64,000 bases of DNA, taken from the NCBI GenBank assembly GCA_965279115.1, contig OZ257137.1, positions 433,847 to 497,846 on the forward strand, read 5' to 3'. This DNA comes from Burkholderiales bacterium (GTDB taxonomy: Bacteria > Pseudomonadota > Gammaproteobacteria > Burkholderiales > JAEUOS01). Under the pieces are notes generated by a model that worked only from the letters and a program-made list of their open reading frames with translations, did not search any database and was not told the origin of the DNA. The position numbers and the translations under genes were made by a program. Shown piece after piece: positions 38,259-46,546 of the stretch. The first letter of the stretch is position 1; each line of letters starts with the position of its first letter.

Positions 38259-39515
38259 TCAACCAGCCGCCGCCTGCGCGGTGGCGAGATAAGCCTCCAT
38301 CACCCGCGTCGGATCCGCCTTGAGTTTGGCCTTCCAGGGACCCAGCTTCGCGCGGGTCTGGATCAGGCCGCGCAGCGCGCCCACATGGTCGGTCAGGCCC
38401 AGCGAGGTGGCGCCGATGAGGTGATCGCCCTTGAACTCCAGGCGCAGGTACTTGAAGGCCGCCTCGTCCTTGAGCTCGGCGAATTCGCCGCCCTCCGCCG
38501 GCGTCGCCCCCCACCACTGCCCGAACGAGGATGAGATCAGCCCGAGGGTGTCGAGCACGTTCATCGACAGGCTGCCGGAGGAACGCGCCGAGCGTCCCGC
38601 CATATTGAGCGCCGCAATGCGCGACTCGTCGGCCGCCACCGGCTGGATCGCGTTGACGGTCTTCTTGCCGGTGGAAAAATCGAGCGACTGCGAAACATCA
38701 CCGGCCGCATACACGCCGGGCACGCTGGTCTGCATGGTCTCGTCGACCAGCACGCCTTCCTCGCAGGCGATGCCGCTACCGTCGAGAAAGCCGATATTTG
38801 GCTTGACGCCGGTGGCCGAGATGATGAGGTCGGTCTCGATCACGCTGCCGTTGGAAAGCTTCACCCGCATGTGGGCGCCGGCCGCTTCGATCGCCTCGGC
38901 TCTTGCATTGACATGCACGCGGATGCCCTGTTTCTCGCACCAGGTCTTGATGAGCCCGCCCGCGCCTTCGGTCATCATGCGCGGCACCATGCGGTTGCCG
39001 GCCTCCACCACGGTGAGCTCGACACCGCGCGCGGCCAGCGACTCCATGATGATGCAGCCGATGAAACCGGCGCCCAGTTGCAGGACCCGCGCGCCCTTGG
39101 GCGTTTTCTGCATGATCCAGCGCGCGTCTTCGAGCGTCCAGCATGGATGCACATTGGGCAGGTCGATGCCGGGAATCGGCGGCGCCATCGGCCGCGATCC
39201 GGTGGCGATGAGCAGGCGGTCATAGGGCAGCGACTGGCCGTTGGTCAGGCGTACCGTCTTGAGCTTGGTATCGACGGCTTCGGCGCGGGCACAAAGCAGG
39301 TTGATGCCCTGTTCAGCCCAATGCCGCTCGCCCTTGCGCAGCCAGGTGCCGCGCTCGTCGATGTTGCCGATGAGCAGGTAGGGAATCGCCATGCGGGAAT
39401 ACGGCGGCACCGGCTCGTCACCGATGAGGGTGATGCTATCCCGGGGGGCCGCCTTGCGGAGGGTTTCGGCGGCGATGACGCCGGCGGGGCCGTTGCCGAT
39501 GATGACGTGATGCAT
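38259..39515 (-). CDS. aorC: FAD/NAD(P)-binding pyridine nucleotide-disulfide oxidoreductase family subunit of aldehyde oxidoreductase (AorC-like)
   Basis: HHVIIGNGPAGVIAAE (FAD GxGxxG), QLGAGFIGCIIMESL (NAD), and YAAGDV. Its 418 aa size and its position after aorA and aorB match the three-subunit bacterial AOR. Confidence 0.75.
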   Translation of the reverse strand: MHHVIIGNGPAGVIAAETLRKAAPRDSITLIGDEPVPPYSRMAIPYLLIGNIDERGTWLRKGERHWAEQGINLLCARAEAVDTKLKTVRLTNGQSLPYDRLLIATGSRPMAPPIPGIDLPNVHPCWTLEDARWIMQKTPKGARVLQLGAGFIGCIIMESLAARGVELTVVEAGNRMVPRMMTEGAGGLIKTWCEKQGIRVHVNARAEAIEAAGAHMRVKLSNGSVIETDLIISATGVKPNIGFLDGSGIACEEGVLVDETMQTSVPGVYAAGDVSQSLDFSTGKKTVNAIQPVAADESRIAALNMAGRSARSSGSLSMNVLDTLGLISSSFGQWWGATPAEGGEFAELKDEAAFKYLRLEFKGDHLIGATSLGLTDHVGALRGLIQTRAKLGPWKAKLKADPTRVMEAYLATAQAAAG

Positions 39516-39542
39516 GTGGAACCTCGAATGTGCAACAGACGA

Positions 39543-39575
39543 TAAAAAGGGGCGATGTCTTGCAACACCGCCCCT
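39543..39575 (-). terminator. terminator-like hairpin plus T-tract between aorB and aorC (possible attenuator)
   Basis: The minus strand reads AGGGGCG-N14-CGCCCCT followed by TTTTTAT. It lies 22 nt after the aorB stop and 28 nt before the aorC ATG. Confidence 0.45.
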
Positions 39576-39596
39576 CGCCTTACGGTTTCAAGCGGC

Positions 39597-41444
39597 CTAC
39601 AGTCCCAGGCGGGCCTGCGTTTCCGCAGTCGGCTTGCCGCCGGTATCCCAGCCGCGCAGCTGGTAGTACTCGGGCAGCATCTTGTCGAGCCCGGACACCA
39701 GGCCCTTGGCGGGACCGGTCTTGGCCGGTTCCTTGAGCAGGCGCTCGGGCAGGGTGTCGTCCTTCTCGGTGAAGCCGGCGGCATTGTTGAACTGGCGCTC
39801 CATGTTCCAGATGCGCTCGCCCACCACGCCCAGGTTTTCCACCGACCAGTCGCCCTCGCAGGCGGCCGCGAGTTGCGGCGAGAGGTCCTGGAGCGTCCAG
39901 GCGAAGGTGGTGAAGATGCAGGTGCCGGAGGAGTCGAAAGCCGCGGTGGCGTCCTGGAAGGCCTTGACCAGACCGGCCTTGCCCTCGGTGACCAGCGGAT
40001 CGGTCTTGACCGGAATACCCAGAACTTCGGAGGCCACGGTGTAGCCGCGCAGGTGGCAGGCGCCGCGGTTGGAGGTGGCGTAGGCCAGGCCCATGCCCTG
40101 GATGCCGCGCCCGTCGTAGGCAGGGAATTCCTGGCCCTTGACCGACATCGACAGGTTGGGATGCCCGTACTTGGCCGTGAGCCGCTTGGAGCCCATGCCG
40201 ATTTCCTTGCCGAAGCCTTCGCCACGGGCGACCTGCTCGGCGAAGAAGGTGAGCGCCTTGGCCGAACCGAACGGTGCCTCGATGCCAAGTTGTTCCTTGG
40301 TGAGCACACCCATTTCGTAGAGCTCCATCACCGCCCCGACGGTCGCGCCGAAGGAGATGGGATCGAAAGCGTCCTCGTTGCAGATGAAGTTGGCGTAGGT
40401 CAGCGCCTCGAGGTCGTTGACCCCGTTGGCAGATCCCAGCGCCCAGGCAGCTTCGTACTCCAGGCCACCGGAGGCGCCCCAGTACTCGGGCTTGTTCACC
40501 ACCGTGTAGTGGGTCTCGTCGATCTTGGAGATGCGGCCACAGGCGATGGTGCAGCCGAAGCAGGCCTGGTTGTTGACCAGGTTGGGCTTGCCGTCGGTCT
40601 TGCGCGGCGCATGCATGGCTTCGGCCGAGATGTCCTTCGCGCCCTCGAACTGGATGTCCTTGTGGTTGCGCGTGGGCATGGCGCCGATCTCGTTGATCAC
40701 GTTCATCAGCACCTGGGTGCCGAACTTCGGCAGGCCCTGGCCAGTGACGGCGTTGTCGGCGAGCACTTTCTTGGCGGCCTTGGTAGCCGCCATGAAGGCC
40801 TTGGGATCCTTGATGCCCGAAACACCGATGGTGCCGCGCACGGTGATGGCCTTGAGGTTCTTCGATCCCATCACCGTGCCGACGCCGGAGCGGCCGGCGG
40901 CGCGATGGAGGTCATTGACCACGCAGGCGAACAGCGCGCCGGTTTCGCCGGCACGGCCGATCGAGGACACGCGCATCAGCGGATCCTGGTGCTTTTTCTT
41001 GAGCGTCTCTTCGGTGACCCAGGTGGTCTTGCCCCAGAGGTCGGCGGCATCCAGCAGTTCTGCCTTGTCGTTCTGGATGTTGAGGTAAACCGGCTTGGCC
41101 GACTTGCCCTCGAAAATGATCATGTCCCAGCCGGCCATTTTCAGCTCGGCGCCCCAGTAGCCGCCCGAGTTGGAGCAGGCAATGGCGCCGGTGAGCGGGC
41201 CCTTGGTGATGACGGAATAGCGCCCGCCAGTGGAGGCCATCGTGCCGGTGAGCGGGCCGGTGGCGAAGATCAGCTTGTTGTCGGCCGACAGCGGATCGAC
41301 CTTGGGGTCGACTTCACTGACGAAATACTTGGTGGCGAGACCGCGCTGCCCGAGGTACTTCTTTGCCCAATCCATGTTGAGCGGCTCGGAGGTGCAAGTG
41401 CCCTTGGAAAGGTTGACGCGCAACAGTTTTTTTGCCCAGGTCAT
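39597..41444 (-). CDS. aorB: tungsten (pterin) aldehyde:ferredoxin oxidoreductase family catalytic subunit (AorB-like)
   Basis: 615 aa. N-terminus WAKKLLRVNLSKGT...GGRGLATKY, and internal blocks GRSGVGTVMGSKNLKAI, CFGCTIACGR (4Fe-4S Cys) and CHLRGYT, typical of the AOR family. Confidence 0.9.
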   Translation of the reverse strand: MTWAKKLLRVNLSKGTCTSEPLNMDWAKKYLGQRGLATKYFVSEVDPKVDPLSADNKLIFATGPLTGTMASTGGRYSVITKGPLTGAIACSNSGGYWGAELKMAGWDMIIFEGKSAKPVYLNIQNDKAELLDAADLWGKTTWVTEETLKKKHQDPLMRVSSIGRAGETGALFACVVNDLHRAAGRSGVGTVMGSKNLKAITVRGTIGVSGIKDPKAFMAATKAAKKVLADNAVTGQGLPKFGTQVLMNVINEIGAMPTRNHKDIQFEGAKDISAEAMHAPRKTDGKPNLVNNQACFGCTIACGRISKIDETHYTVVNKPEYWGASGGLEYEAAWALGSANGVNDLEALTYANFICNEDAFDPISFGATVGAVMELYEMGVLTKEQLGIEAPFGSAKALTFFAEQVARGEGFGKEIGMGSKRLTAKYGHPNLSMSVKGQEFPAYDGRGIQGMGLAYATSNRGACHLRGYTVASEVLGIPVKTDPLVTEGKAGLVKAFQDATAAFDSSGTCIFTTFAWTLQDLSPQLAAACEGDWSVENLGVVGERIWNMERQFNNAAGFTEKDDTLPERLLKEPAKTGPAKGLVSGLDKMLPEYYQLRGWDTGGKPTAETQARLGL

Positions 41445-41464
41445 GTTTTTCTCCTTCGTCTCGT

Positions 41465-41941
41465 TCAGCCGGCCTTGGGGGCGTTGTCAAGCTTGGCGGC
41501 CCATTGCTTCATGCGCTCAAGTCCGGTCCAGTCCGCGTCCACATAGGTGATGGCGCCGGTGGGGCAGGCGTCCGCGCAGGCGGGGTCACCGCCGCACAGG
41601 TCGCACTTCTGCACCTTGCCGGTGTCCTGCACATAGTTGACGGTACCGAACGGGCAGGAAATGGTGCACACCTTGCAGCCGACACACACATCGTCGATCA
41701 CCACCTTGGCGCCGGTGTTCTTGTCGACCTTGATGGCCTCCACCGGGCAGGCGTGCATGCACCAGGCTTCATCGCACTGGGTGCAGGTGTAGGGCACCTT
41801 GCGTCCGGTATGGTGGAAATCGAACACCTTGATGCGCGATTTCGCGGTGTTGAAGGTGCCGTAGTTCTCGTAGGAACACGCCATTTCGCACTGCAAACAG
41901 CCGGTGCACTTGGCCGGGTCGATGTGTAGCGACTTCTGCAT
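41465..41941 (-). CDS. aorA: 4Fe-4S dicluster ferredoxin-like subunit (AorA-like)
   Basis: Four Cys clusters (CTGCLQCEMAC, CTQCDEAWCMHACP, CVGCKVCTISCP, CDLCGGDPACADACP). 158 aa. Sits 20 nt upstream of aorB. Confidence 0.85.
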   Translation of the reverse strand: MQKSLHIDPAKCTGCLQCEMACSYENYGTFNTAKSRIKVFDFHHTGRKVPYTCTQCDEAWCMHACPVEAIKVDKNTGAKVVIDDVCVGCKVCTISCPFGTVNYVQDTGKVQKCDLCGGDPACADACPTGAITYVDADWTGLERMKQWAAKLDNAPKAG

Positions 41942-42001
41942 GGAGCCTCCGTCCTTTTGTTCAATCCTGCGGGGTTGGTTGCCTCTATCCTTCAGCGGTA
42001 A

Positions 42002-42030
42002 AGTGTAGAACCAAGTGGGGACTTATGCAA
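42002..42030 (-). promoter_or_regulatory. candidate sigma-70 promoter for aorA (TTGCAT-17 nt-TACACT)
   Basis: The minus strand reads TTGCATaagtccccacttggttcTACACT, ending about 60 nt upstream of the aorA ATG. Pattern match only. Confidence 0.3.
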
Positions 42031-42276
42031 ACGCATTCCTAACCGCGCCGGTCGATCCGCGTCACATTCCTGTCACGCGCAAAATGTCGCACCGCACCAA
42101 CCGCGCAATTGCGCTGACGCCGGACAAAAAAGCTACGATGCAAACCCGGTAAGATCGCCCCCGGCACTTTCGCTATCAGTCACGTTTGGGCAGGACTCAT
42201 CATCATCGACGCCATCAAGCAACTACAGGAGCAACTGGCCGGCCGCGAATACGTCTGCGACGATCGCCTCGCCACC

Positions 42277-43098
42277 GTGCTCTACCTCTCCCGGCAAATG
42301 CGCCGCCCGCTATTCCTCGAAGGGGAGGCCGGCGTGGGCAAGACCGAACTGGCCAAGGTGCTGGCCGAGGTCGAAGACACGCAGCTGATCCGCCTGCAGT
42401 GCTACGAAGGCCTGGGGGTGGCCGAGGCCGCCTACGAATGGAACGCCGCGCGCCAGCTGATGGAAATCCGCATGGCCGAGGCCGCGCACGTTACCGACCG
42501 CGACGCAATCTCGCGCGACCTATACAGGCGCGAGATGCTGATCGAGCGCCCCCTGTTGCAGGCGCTCACCCAGCCGAAATCGCCGGTGCTCCTGATTGAC
42601 GAACTCGACCGCGCCGACGAGCCCTTCGAGGCCTACCTGCTGGAACTGCTGGCCGAATACCAGATCACCGTTCCCGAACTGGGCACCATCAAGGCGATGT
42701 ACCCGCCGATGGTGGTGATCACCTCCAACCGCACCCGCGAAATCCGCGACGCGTTGAAGCGCCGCTGCCTGTACCACTGGGTGGAGTTTCCCGACGCACG
42801 GCGCGAACTGGAAATCGTGCGCCGCAAGGCCCCGGGCGCCGCAGCCGCCATCTCGACCCAGGCAGTGGAGTTCGTCCAGCGCCTGCGCACGGTGGAGCTC
42901 TACAAGCTGCCCGGCGTGGCCGAGACCATCGACTGGGTCAATGCGTTGACTGCGCTCAACGTGCTCGCGCTCGACCCGGATTCGGTGCAGGACACGCTCG
43001 GCGTGCTGCTTAAGTACCAGGAAGACGTCGAGCGCGTGATGGAGGGTGAAGGCGCGCGGATTCTCGACGAACTGCGGGCGGCGGCGATCCTGCGCTGA
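42277..43098 (+). CDS. MoxR-type AAA+ ATPase, CoxD-like
   Basis: Walker A GEAGVGKT, Walker B LLIDELDRA, and VVITSNRTREIRDALKRRC. GTG 42277 is the first canonical start but leaves only 16 aa before Walker A. Homolog-like sequence (IDAIKQLQEQLAGREYVCDDRLAT) continues in frame back to about 42199, where only ATC/CTC codons occur after a GCAGGA RBS-like site. Confidence 0.8.
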   Translation: MLYLSRQMRRPLFLEGEAGVGKTELAKVLAEVEDTQLIRLQCYEGLGVAEAAYEWNAARQLMEIRMAEAAHVTDRDAISRDLYRREMLIERPLLQALTQPKSPVLLIDELDRADEPFEAYLLELLAEYQITVPELGTIKAMYPPMVVITSNRTREIRDALKRRCLYHWVEFPDARRELEIVRRKAPGAAAAISTQAVEFVQRLRTVELYKLPGVAETIDWVNALTALNVLALDPDSVQDTLGVLLKYQEDVERVMEGEGARILDELRAAAILR

Positions 43099-43446
43099 GA
43101 ATCCCCTGTTAGTGCATGCGGGTGATGGCGTGATGGTCATCACCTTGACGCAAGCCGCCGAATGCGATGAGATCGCGTAGGAAAACCTTTGATCGGCAAA
43201 GGAAGCCTCGCGGTTGCCTGCGCCGGAGGAGTTCGCGATATGCGTACCTGGGCCCTGTGTTTCCGACAGCCGCCGCGGACAGCGACTGGTCGCCGGCTTC
43301 GTTCGCGCGCGAGGGAGGATTTCGAGCGGACCGCGCAGGAAATCGATTCGTTCCGGTGCGCCACATGATCGCCCTGATACATCTGCGACGGTTCAGATCG
43401 GACGGGCGCGCTGCTGCCTGCCCGATCTGAAATCCAGGGCGCGCGC

Positions 43447-44712
43447 ATGAAAATTCGGGCTATGACCTTCCTGCTCACCGCCGCCGCAGTGGCGGGGGCG
43501 GGCTATCCGTGGTACCGCGCGCTGACCATTCTTGGTTTGCGTGACGAACCGAACGGCGAAATGCCGATTGAAATCGCATTCGCGCTCTGGATATTCGCCG
43601 GCATATTGTGCGCATCGTTGGCCTGCCGTCTGGCTATCGGGGTACTGGCGCGCAACGGCACTTTCGGCCGGCAAGCGACGTCTGTCGAAACGGCATATCA
43701 GGCCCCCTCCGCGAGCGCCGACCCTGCATTCCAGCGCGACATGTGGGGCTTGGCGAAAGCGCTTCCGGCGGCCCGGCCGAAAGCGCGGCCCACACGACCG
43801 GAGATCGTCCCCACACCCGACCAGGCGGATGCGCTCGTGCCAAGTTTGGTGGCGGGATTGGGATGGATCGTGCTTGCCCTGTCGGTGGATCGTTTCGCAC
43901 CGGCCTCCGAGCTCCCGGGTCCGGCAGCCGAGTTGCGGCTGGCCAGCGGGGTGGTGCTGGCGGTCCTGTTCAGTCTCGCGCTGACGCTGGCGTTCCGTCC
44001 GACGCACTTCGGCCACGTCGAAGAGAAGTCGCCAACGGCGCCCCCATGGCACCACCGCCTGCAGATCGCCCAGCTGCTGACGGTGATCGCCGCATGCGCC
44101 TTTGTCGCCATACAGGGGCCGCTCGCGTCATTCGTCGCGTTGGGACATTCGCTTGCCGGCGTTCCGGCAATCGCGCTCGCGTTCATGCTGTGCGTCGCCG
44201 TCCCGGCAGGCGCGTTGATCGGCATATTCGTCTTCATTCCCATGGTCCTGTTGTGCGAGCTCGCATTCGTGCGACTGGACCGCCCCGCGACCCGCAAATT
44301 CTTTGCCCTGCACGATCCCCGTGAGTTTTTCCGCGCCATCGACTGGAGAGCCCGGCTGGTAGCCGGCACGGTCGGGCTGCTCGTGCCGTATTTCATCATC
44401 GATGATCGGTGGTTCCAGGTGTCCAGCACCGGAGACTTTGCGAGGCTTGCCTGGATTTGGACCCTGTCCGGATTCTTTTGGGGCGCCGTAACGCTTTTCG
44501 TGATGGCACTGCTTACGGGCGCCATCAAGATGTCCCTGGAACCGCACGGCGAGAATCGTGACGACGACATGCTTGGTTACGGTACGCGGGACCTACCAGC
44601 CCGCAACGAATCTCCGCCATCGCCTTCGGAAAGCGAGGATGGGGGTTCCAGTGAAGGTGGTTCCGCTGGCGACAGTGGCGGAGGCGGCGGCGGAGGTGGC
44701 GGGGGCTCGTAG
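43447..44712 (+). CDS. orphan polytopic membrane protein with acidic/Ser-rich and poly-Gly C-terminus
   Basis: 421-aa ORF with about 8 hydrophobic segments, ending DDDMLGYGTRDLPARNESPPSPSESEDGGSSEGGSAGDSGGGGGGGGGGS. I recognise no family. It has more A/T-ending codons (ATA, TTG, CGT, GTA, ATT) than neighbouring genes. Confidence 0.6.
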   Translation: MKIRAMTFLLTAAAVAGAGYPWYRALTILGLRDEPNGEMPIEIAFALWIFAGILCASLACRLAIGVLARNGTFGRQATSVETAYQAPSASADPAFQRDMWGLAKALPAARPKARPTRPEIVPTPDQADALVPSLVAGLGWIVLALSVDRFAPASELPGPAAELRLASGVVLAVLFSLALTLAFRPTHFGHVEEKSPTAPPWHHRLQIAQLLTVIAACAFVAIQGPLASFVALGHSLAGVPAIALAFMLCVAVPAGALIGIFVFIPMVLLCELAFVRLDRPATRKFFALHDPREFFRAIDWRARLVAGTVGLLVPYFIIDDRWFQVSSTGDFARLAWIWTLSGFFWGAVTLFVMALLTGAIKMSLEPHGENRDDDMLGYGTRDLPARNESPPSPSESEDGGSSEGGSAGDSGGGGGGGGGGS

Positions 44713-44744
44713 TTCAATCAAATCGAGCGACGTTCATCGAGTGA

Positions 44745-45221
44745 TTCGCCCGCCGAGAGGCGTCACTCGCGCTGCAAGTAGCGGAGGGAAACGACGCGCC
44801 GCTACGCGACGCATCGCCAAGGACAGCGGACCTACACGGCAAACCCGCGAGGTGGCACTACTCGGCCCTGATGTTCGCTGCCGCGCTCAAGTGCGGCAGG
44901 CGGGTCGGCATGTTCGCGACCTTCGCCCCGGCGGTTGCTTCGATGGAGGCGGAATTCCGTGCAATGGCGCGCGCCGCCGGAGCCGACGCCAGACTGGATA
45001 CCTACTGCGTGCCGGATGCCATCGCGGCGGCCAATGCGGGCGACATCGCGGGCCACGATAGCCTCGCGGCCGAAGCGGCGCCGCGTTTCAAGGACCATGA
45101 CGCGGTGTTGCTTGCCCACTTCTCCACCTCGACCGCCCGAACCTCGGTGGAGCAAACGCTCGGTCGCGAAGTATTGACCGCACACGACGCCGCGGTCCTG
45201 CACTTGCCAACGCAGGCGTGA
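44745..45221 (+). pseudogene. remnant (C-terminal half) of an Asp/Glu/hydantoin racemase family gene
   Basis: GRRVGMFATFAPAVASMEAEF...DAVLLAHFSTSTARTSVEQTLGREVLTAHDAAV matches only the second half of ~220-aa arylmalonate decarboxylase/racemase-like proteins. The frame opens only at 44745, and upstream residues show no N-terminal domain. Confidence 0.5.
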
Positions 45222-45234
45222 GACACTCGCGCCC

Positions 45235-46449
45235 ATGTCCCGAGGCCGCCTTGCAGAAAACGTCACCCACTTCGCGCGGGTGCTGCGTGCCGCCGGCTTG
45301 CCGGTGGGGCCGGACCGGGTGGTCACGGCCCTGAAGGCGCTGGAAATCTGTGGCGTGGAACAGCGCGTGCGGGTGCATGCCGCGCTCTCCTCGGTGCTGA
45401 TCGACCGGCACGAGCACCAAGCGGTATTCGACGCCGCCTTCGCTGCCTTCTGGCGCGACCCCAAGCTCTTCGAGCGCCTCATGTACCTCTCCCTGCCCAA
45501 GATCCAGGGGCGCGGCGACAAGGAACGCGAGAAGCGTCAGCAGCGTCTTGAAGAGGCGCTTACTGCCAAGACACCACCGCCTGCGCCGAAGAAGGACGAG
45601 CCGGACGCCGAGGACAAGGTTGATCTCGAAACCACGCTCACCTTTTCCGAACGCGAGCGGCTGCAGAAGGCGGATTTCGAAACCATGAGCGCGGCCGAAT
45701 TCACGCTCGCCAAGAAACTGGCCGAGAAGCTGCCGCTGCCGATCCCGCCGTTGGTGACGCGCCGCTTCGAAACCTCGGCGCGCGGTTCGCTCGACCTGCG
45801 CGCCATGGCGCGCCACGGCGCGCGCGACCCGTTCGGCGGCACGCTCGCCTATCGCCGCCATGCCGAGCGCGAGGCACCGCTGGTGGTACTGATCGACATT
45901 TCCGGTTCGATGCAGCGTTACTCGCGCTTGTTCCTGCACTGGGTGCATGCGCTCACCAGGGTGCGGAGCAACGTGACGGTGTTCACCCTGGGCACGCGGC
46001 TGACCGCGATTTCGCGCTACCTGAAGCACCGCGATGCCGACGAAGCCCTGGCCGCCGCGGGCGCTGCCGTGCAGGACTGGAACGGCGGCACACGCCTGGC
46101 CACCTGCCTTGCCGAGTTCAACCGCGTACATGCACGCCGGGTGCTCACCGGCAACGCGGCCGTACTGCTGCTCACCGATGGGCTCGAGCGCGACGATGGC
46201 GGCGTATTGGGCGAAGAGGCCGCGCGCCTGAAGCGCCTGGCGCGGCGCATCGTCTGGCTCAACCCGTTGCTGCGCTACGACGGCTTCGAGCCGCGCGCTG
46301 CCGGCATTCGCGCGATCTTGCCGCATGTGGACGCGTTCCTGCCGGCGCACAACCTGACCTCGCTTGCGGACCTGGCCAAGGCGCTTGCTGCCGGCACAAC
46401 AACCGACGTTCGTTCGCCCCGGCGGCCGCGAACGAAGACGGCGCACTGA
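45235..46449 (+). CDS. VWA domain-containing protein, CoxE-like
   Basis: N-terminal NVTHFARVLRAAGLPVGPDRV and C-terminal VWA with MIDAS DISGSM. WLNPLL...P near the end is typical of CoxE-family proteins. Confidence 0.85.
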   Translation: MSRGRLAENVTHFARVLRAAGLPVGPDRVVTALKALEICGVEQRVRVHAALSSVLIDRHEHQAVFDAAFAAFWRDPKLFERLMYLSLPKIQGRGDKEREKRQQRLEEALTAKTPPPAPKKDEPDAEDKVDLETTLTFSERERLQKADFETMSAAEFTLAKKLAEKLPLPIPPLVTRRFETSARGSLDLRAMARHGARDPFGGTLAYRRHAEREAPLVVLIDISGSMQRYSRLFLHWVHALTRVRSNVTVFTLGTRLTAISRYLKHRDADEALAAAGAAVQDWNGGTRLATCLAEFNRVHARRVLTGNAAVLLLTDGLERDDGGVLGEEAARLKRLARRIVWLNPLLRYDGFEPRAAGIRAILPHVDAFLPAHNLTSLADLAKALAAGTTTDVRSPRRPRTKTAH

Positions 46450-46521
46450 AGAAATTGCTAAAAAGGTAGGCGGCCCAGCGCCAGCGCATTCGCTGCGGTA
46501 CCGCGATTTCCTTACGTGCCT

Positions 46522-46542
46522 CGTACTATCAAACCGAATACG
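46522..46542. promoter_or_regulatory. imperfect inverted repeat CGTACTAT-N7-AATACG upstream of modA (ModE-operator-like)
   Basis: Read from the sequence. Resembles the TAYAT-containing half sites of ModE operators, but it lies only 5 nt before the ATG. Confidence 0.2.
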
Positions 46543-46546
46543 ACGG

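Noticed and set aside
39555-41546. 663-aa ORF on the + strand
   Set aside because: It is antisense to aorB and aorA, whose products have clear family motifs. Its translation is Gly/Ala/Leu/Arg-rich with no recognisable domain.
42186-42599. 137-aa ORF starting at TTG 42186 overlapping the CoxD-like gene in another frame
   Set aside because: Its translation is Arg/Gly/Pro-rich with no motifs. The overlapping frame carries the AAA+ Walker motifs.
43099-43446. Three small ORFs (43109..43366 -, 43140..43478 -, 43167..43430 +) in the gap after the CoxD-like gene, considered as possible integrase or transposase remnants
   Set aside because: The translations show no recognisable motif. The ORFs overlap each other in different frames. 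I found no flanking inverted or direct repeats. I treat the region as non-coding, possibly insertion scar DNA.
46450-46546. Possible Moco riboswitch upstream of modA
   Set aside because: The 97-nt spacer is too short and lacks the conserved Moco-motif stems and loops that I remember. Only a weak inverted repeat is present.
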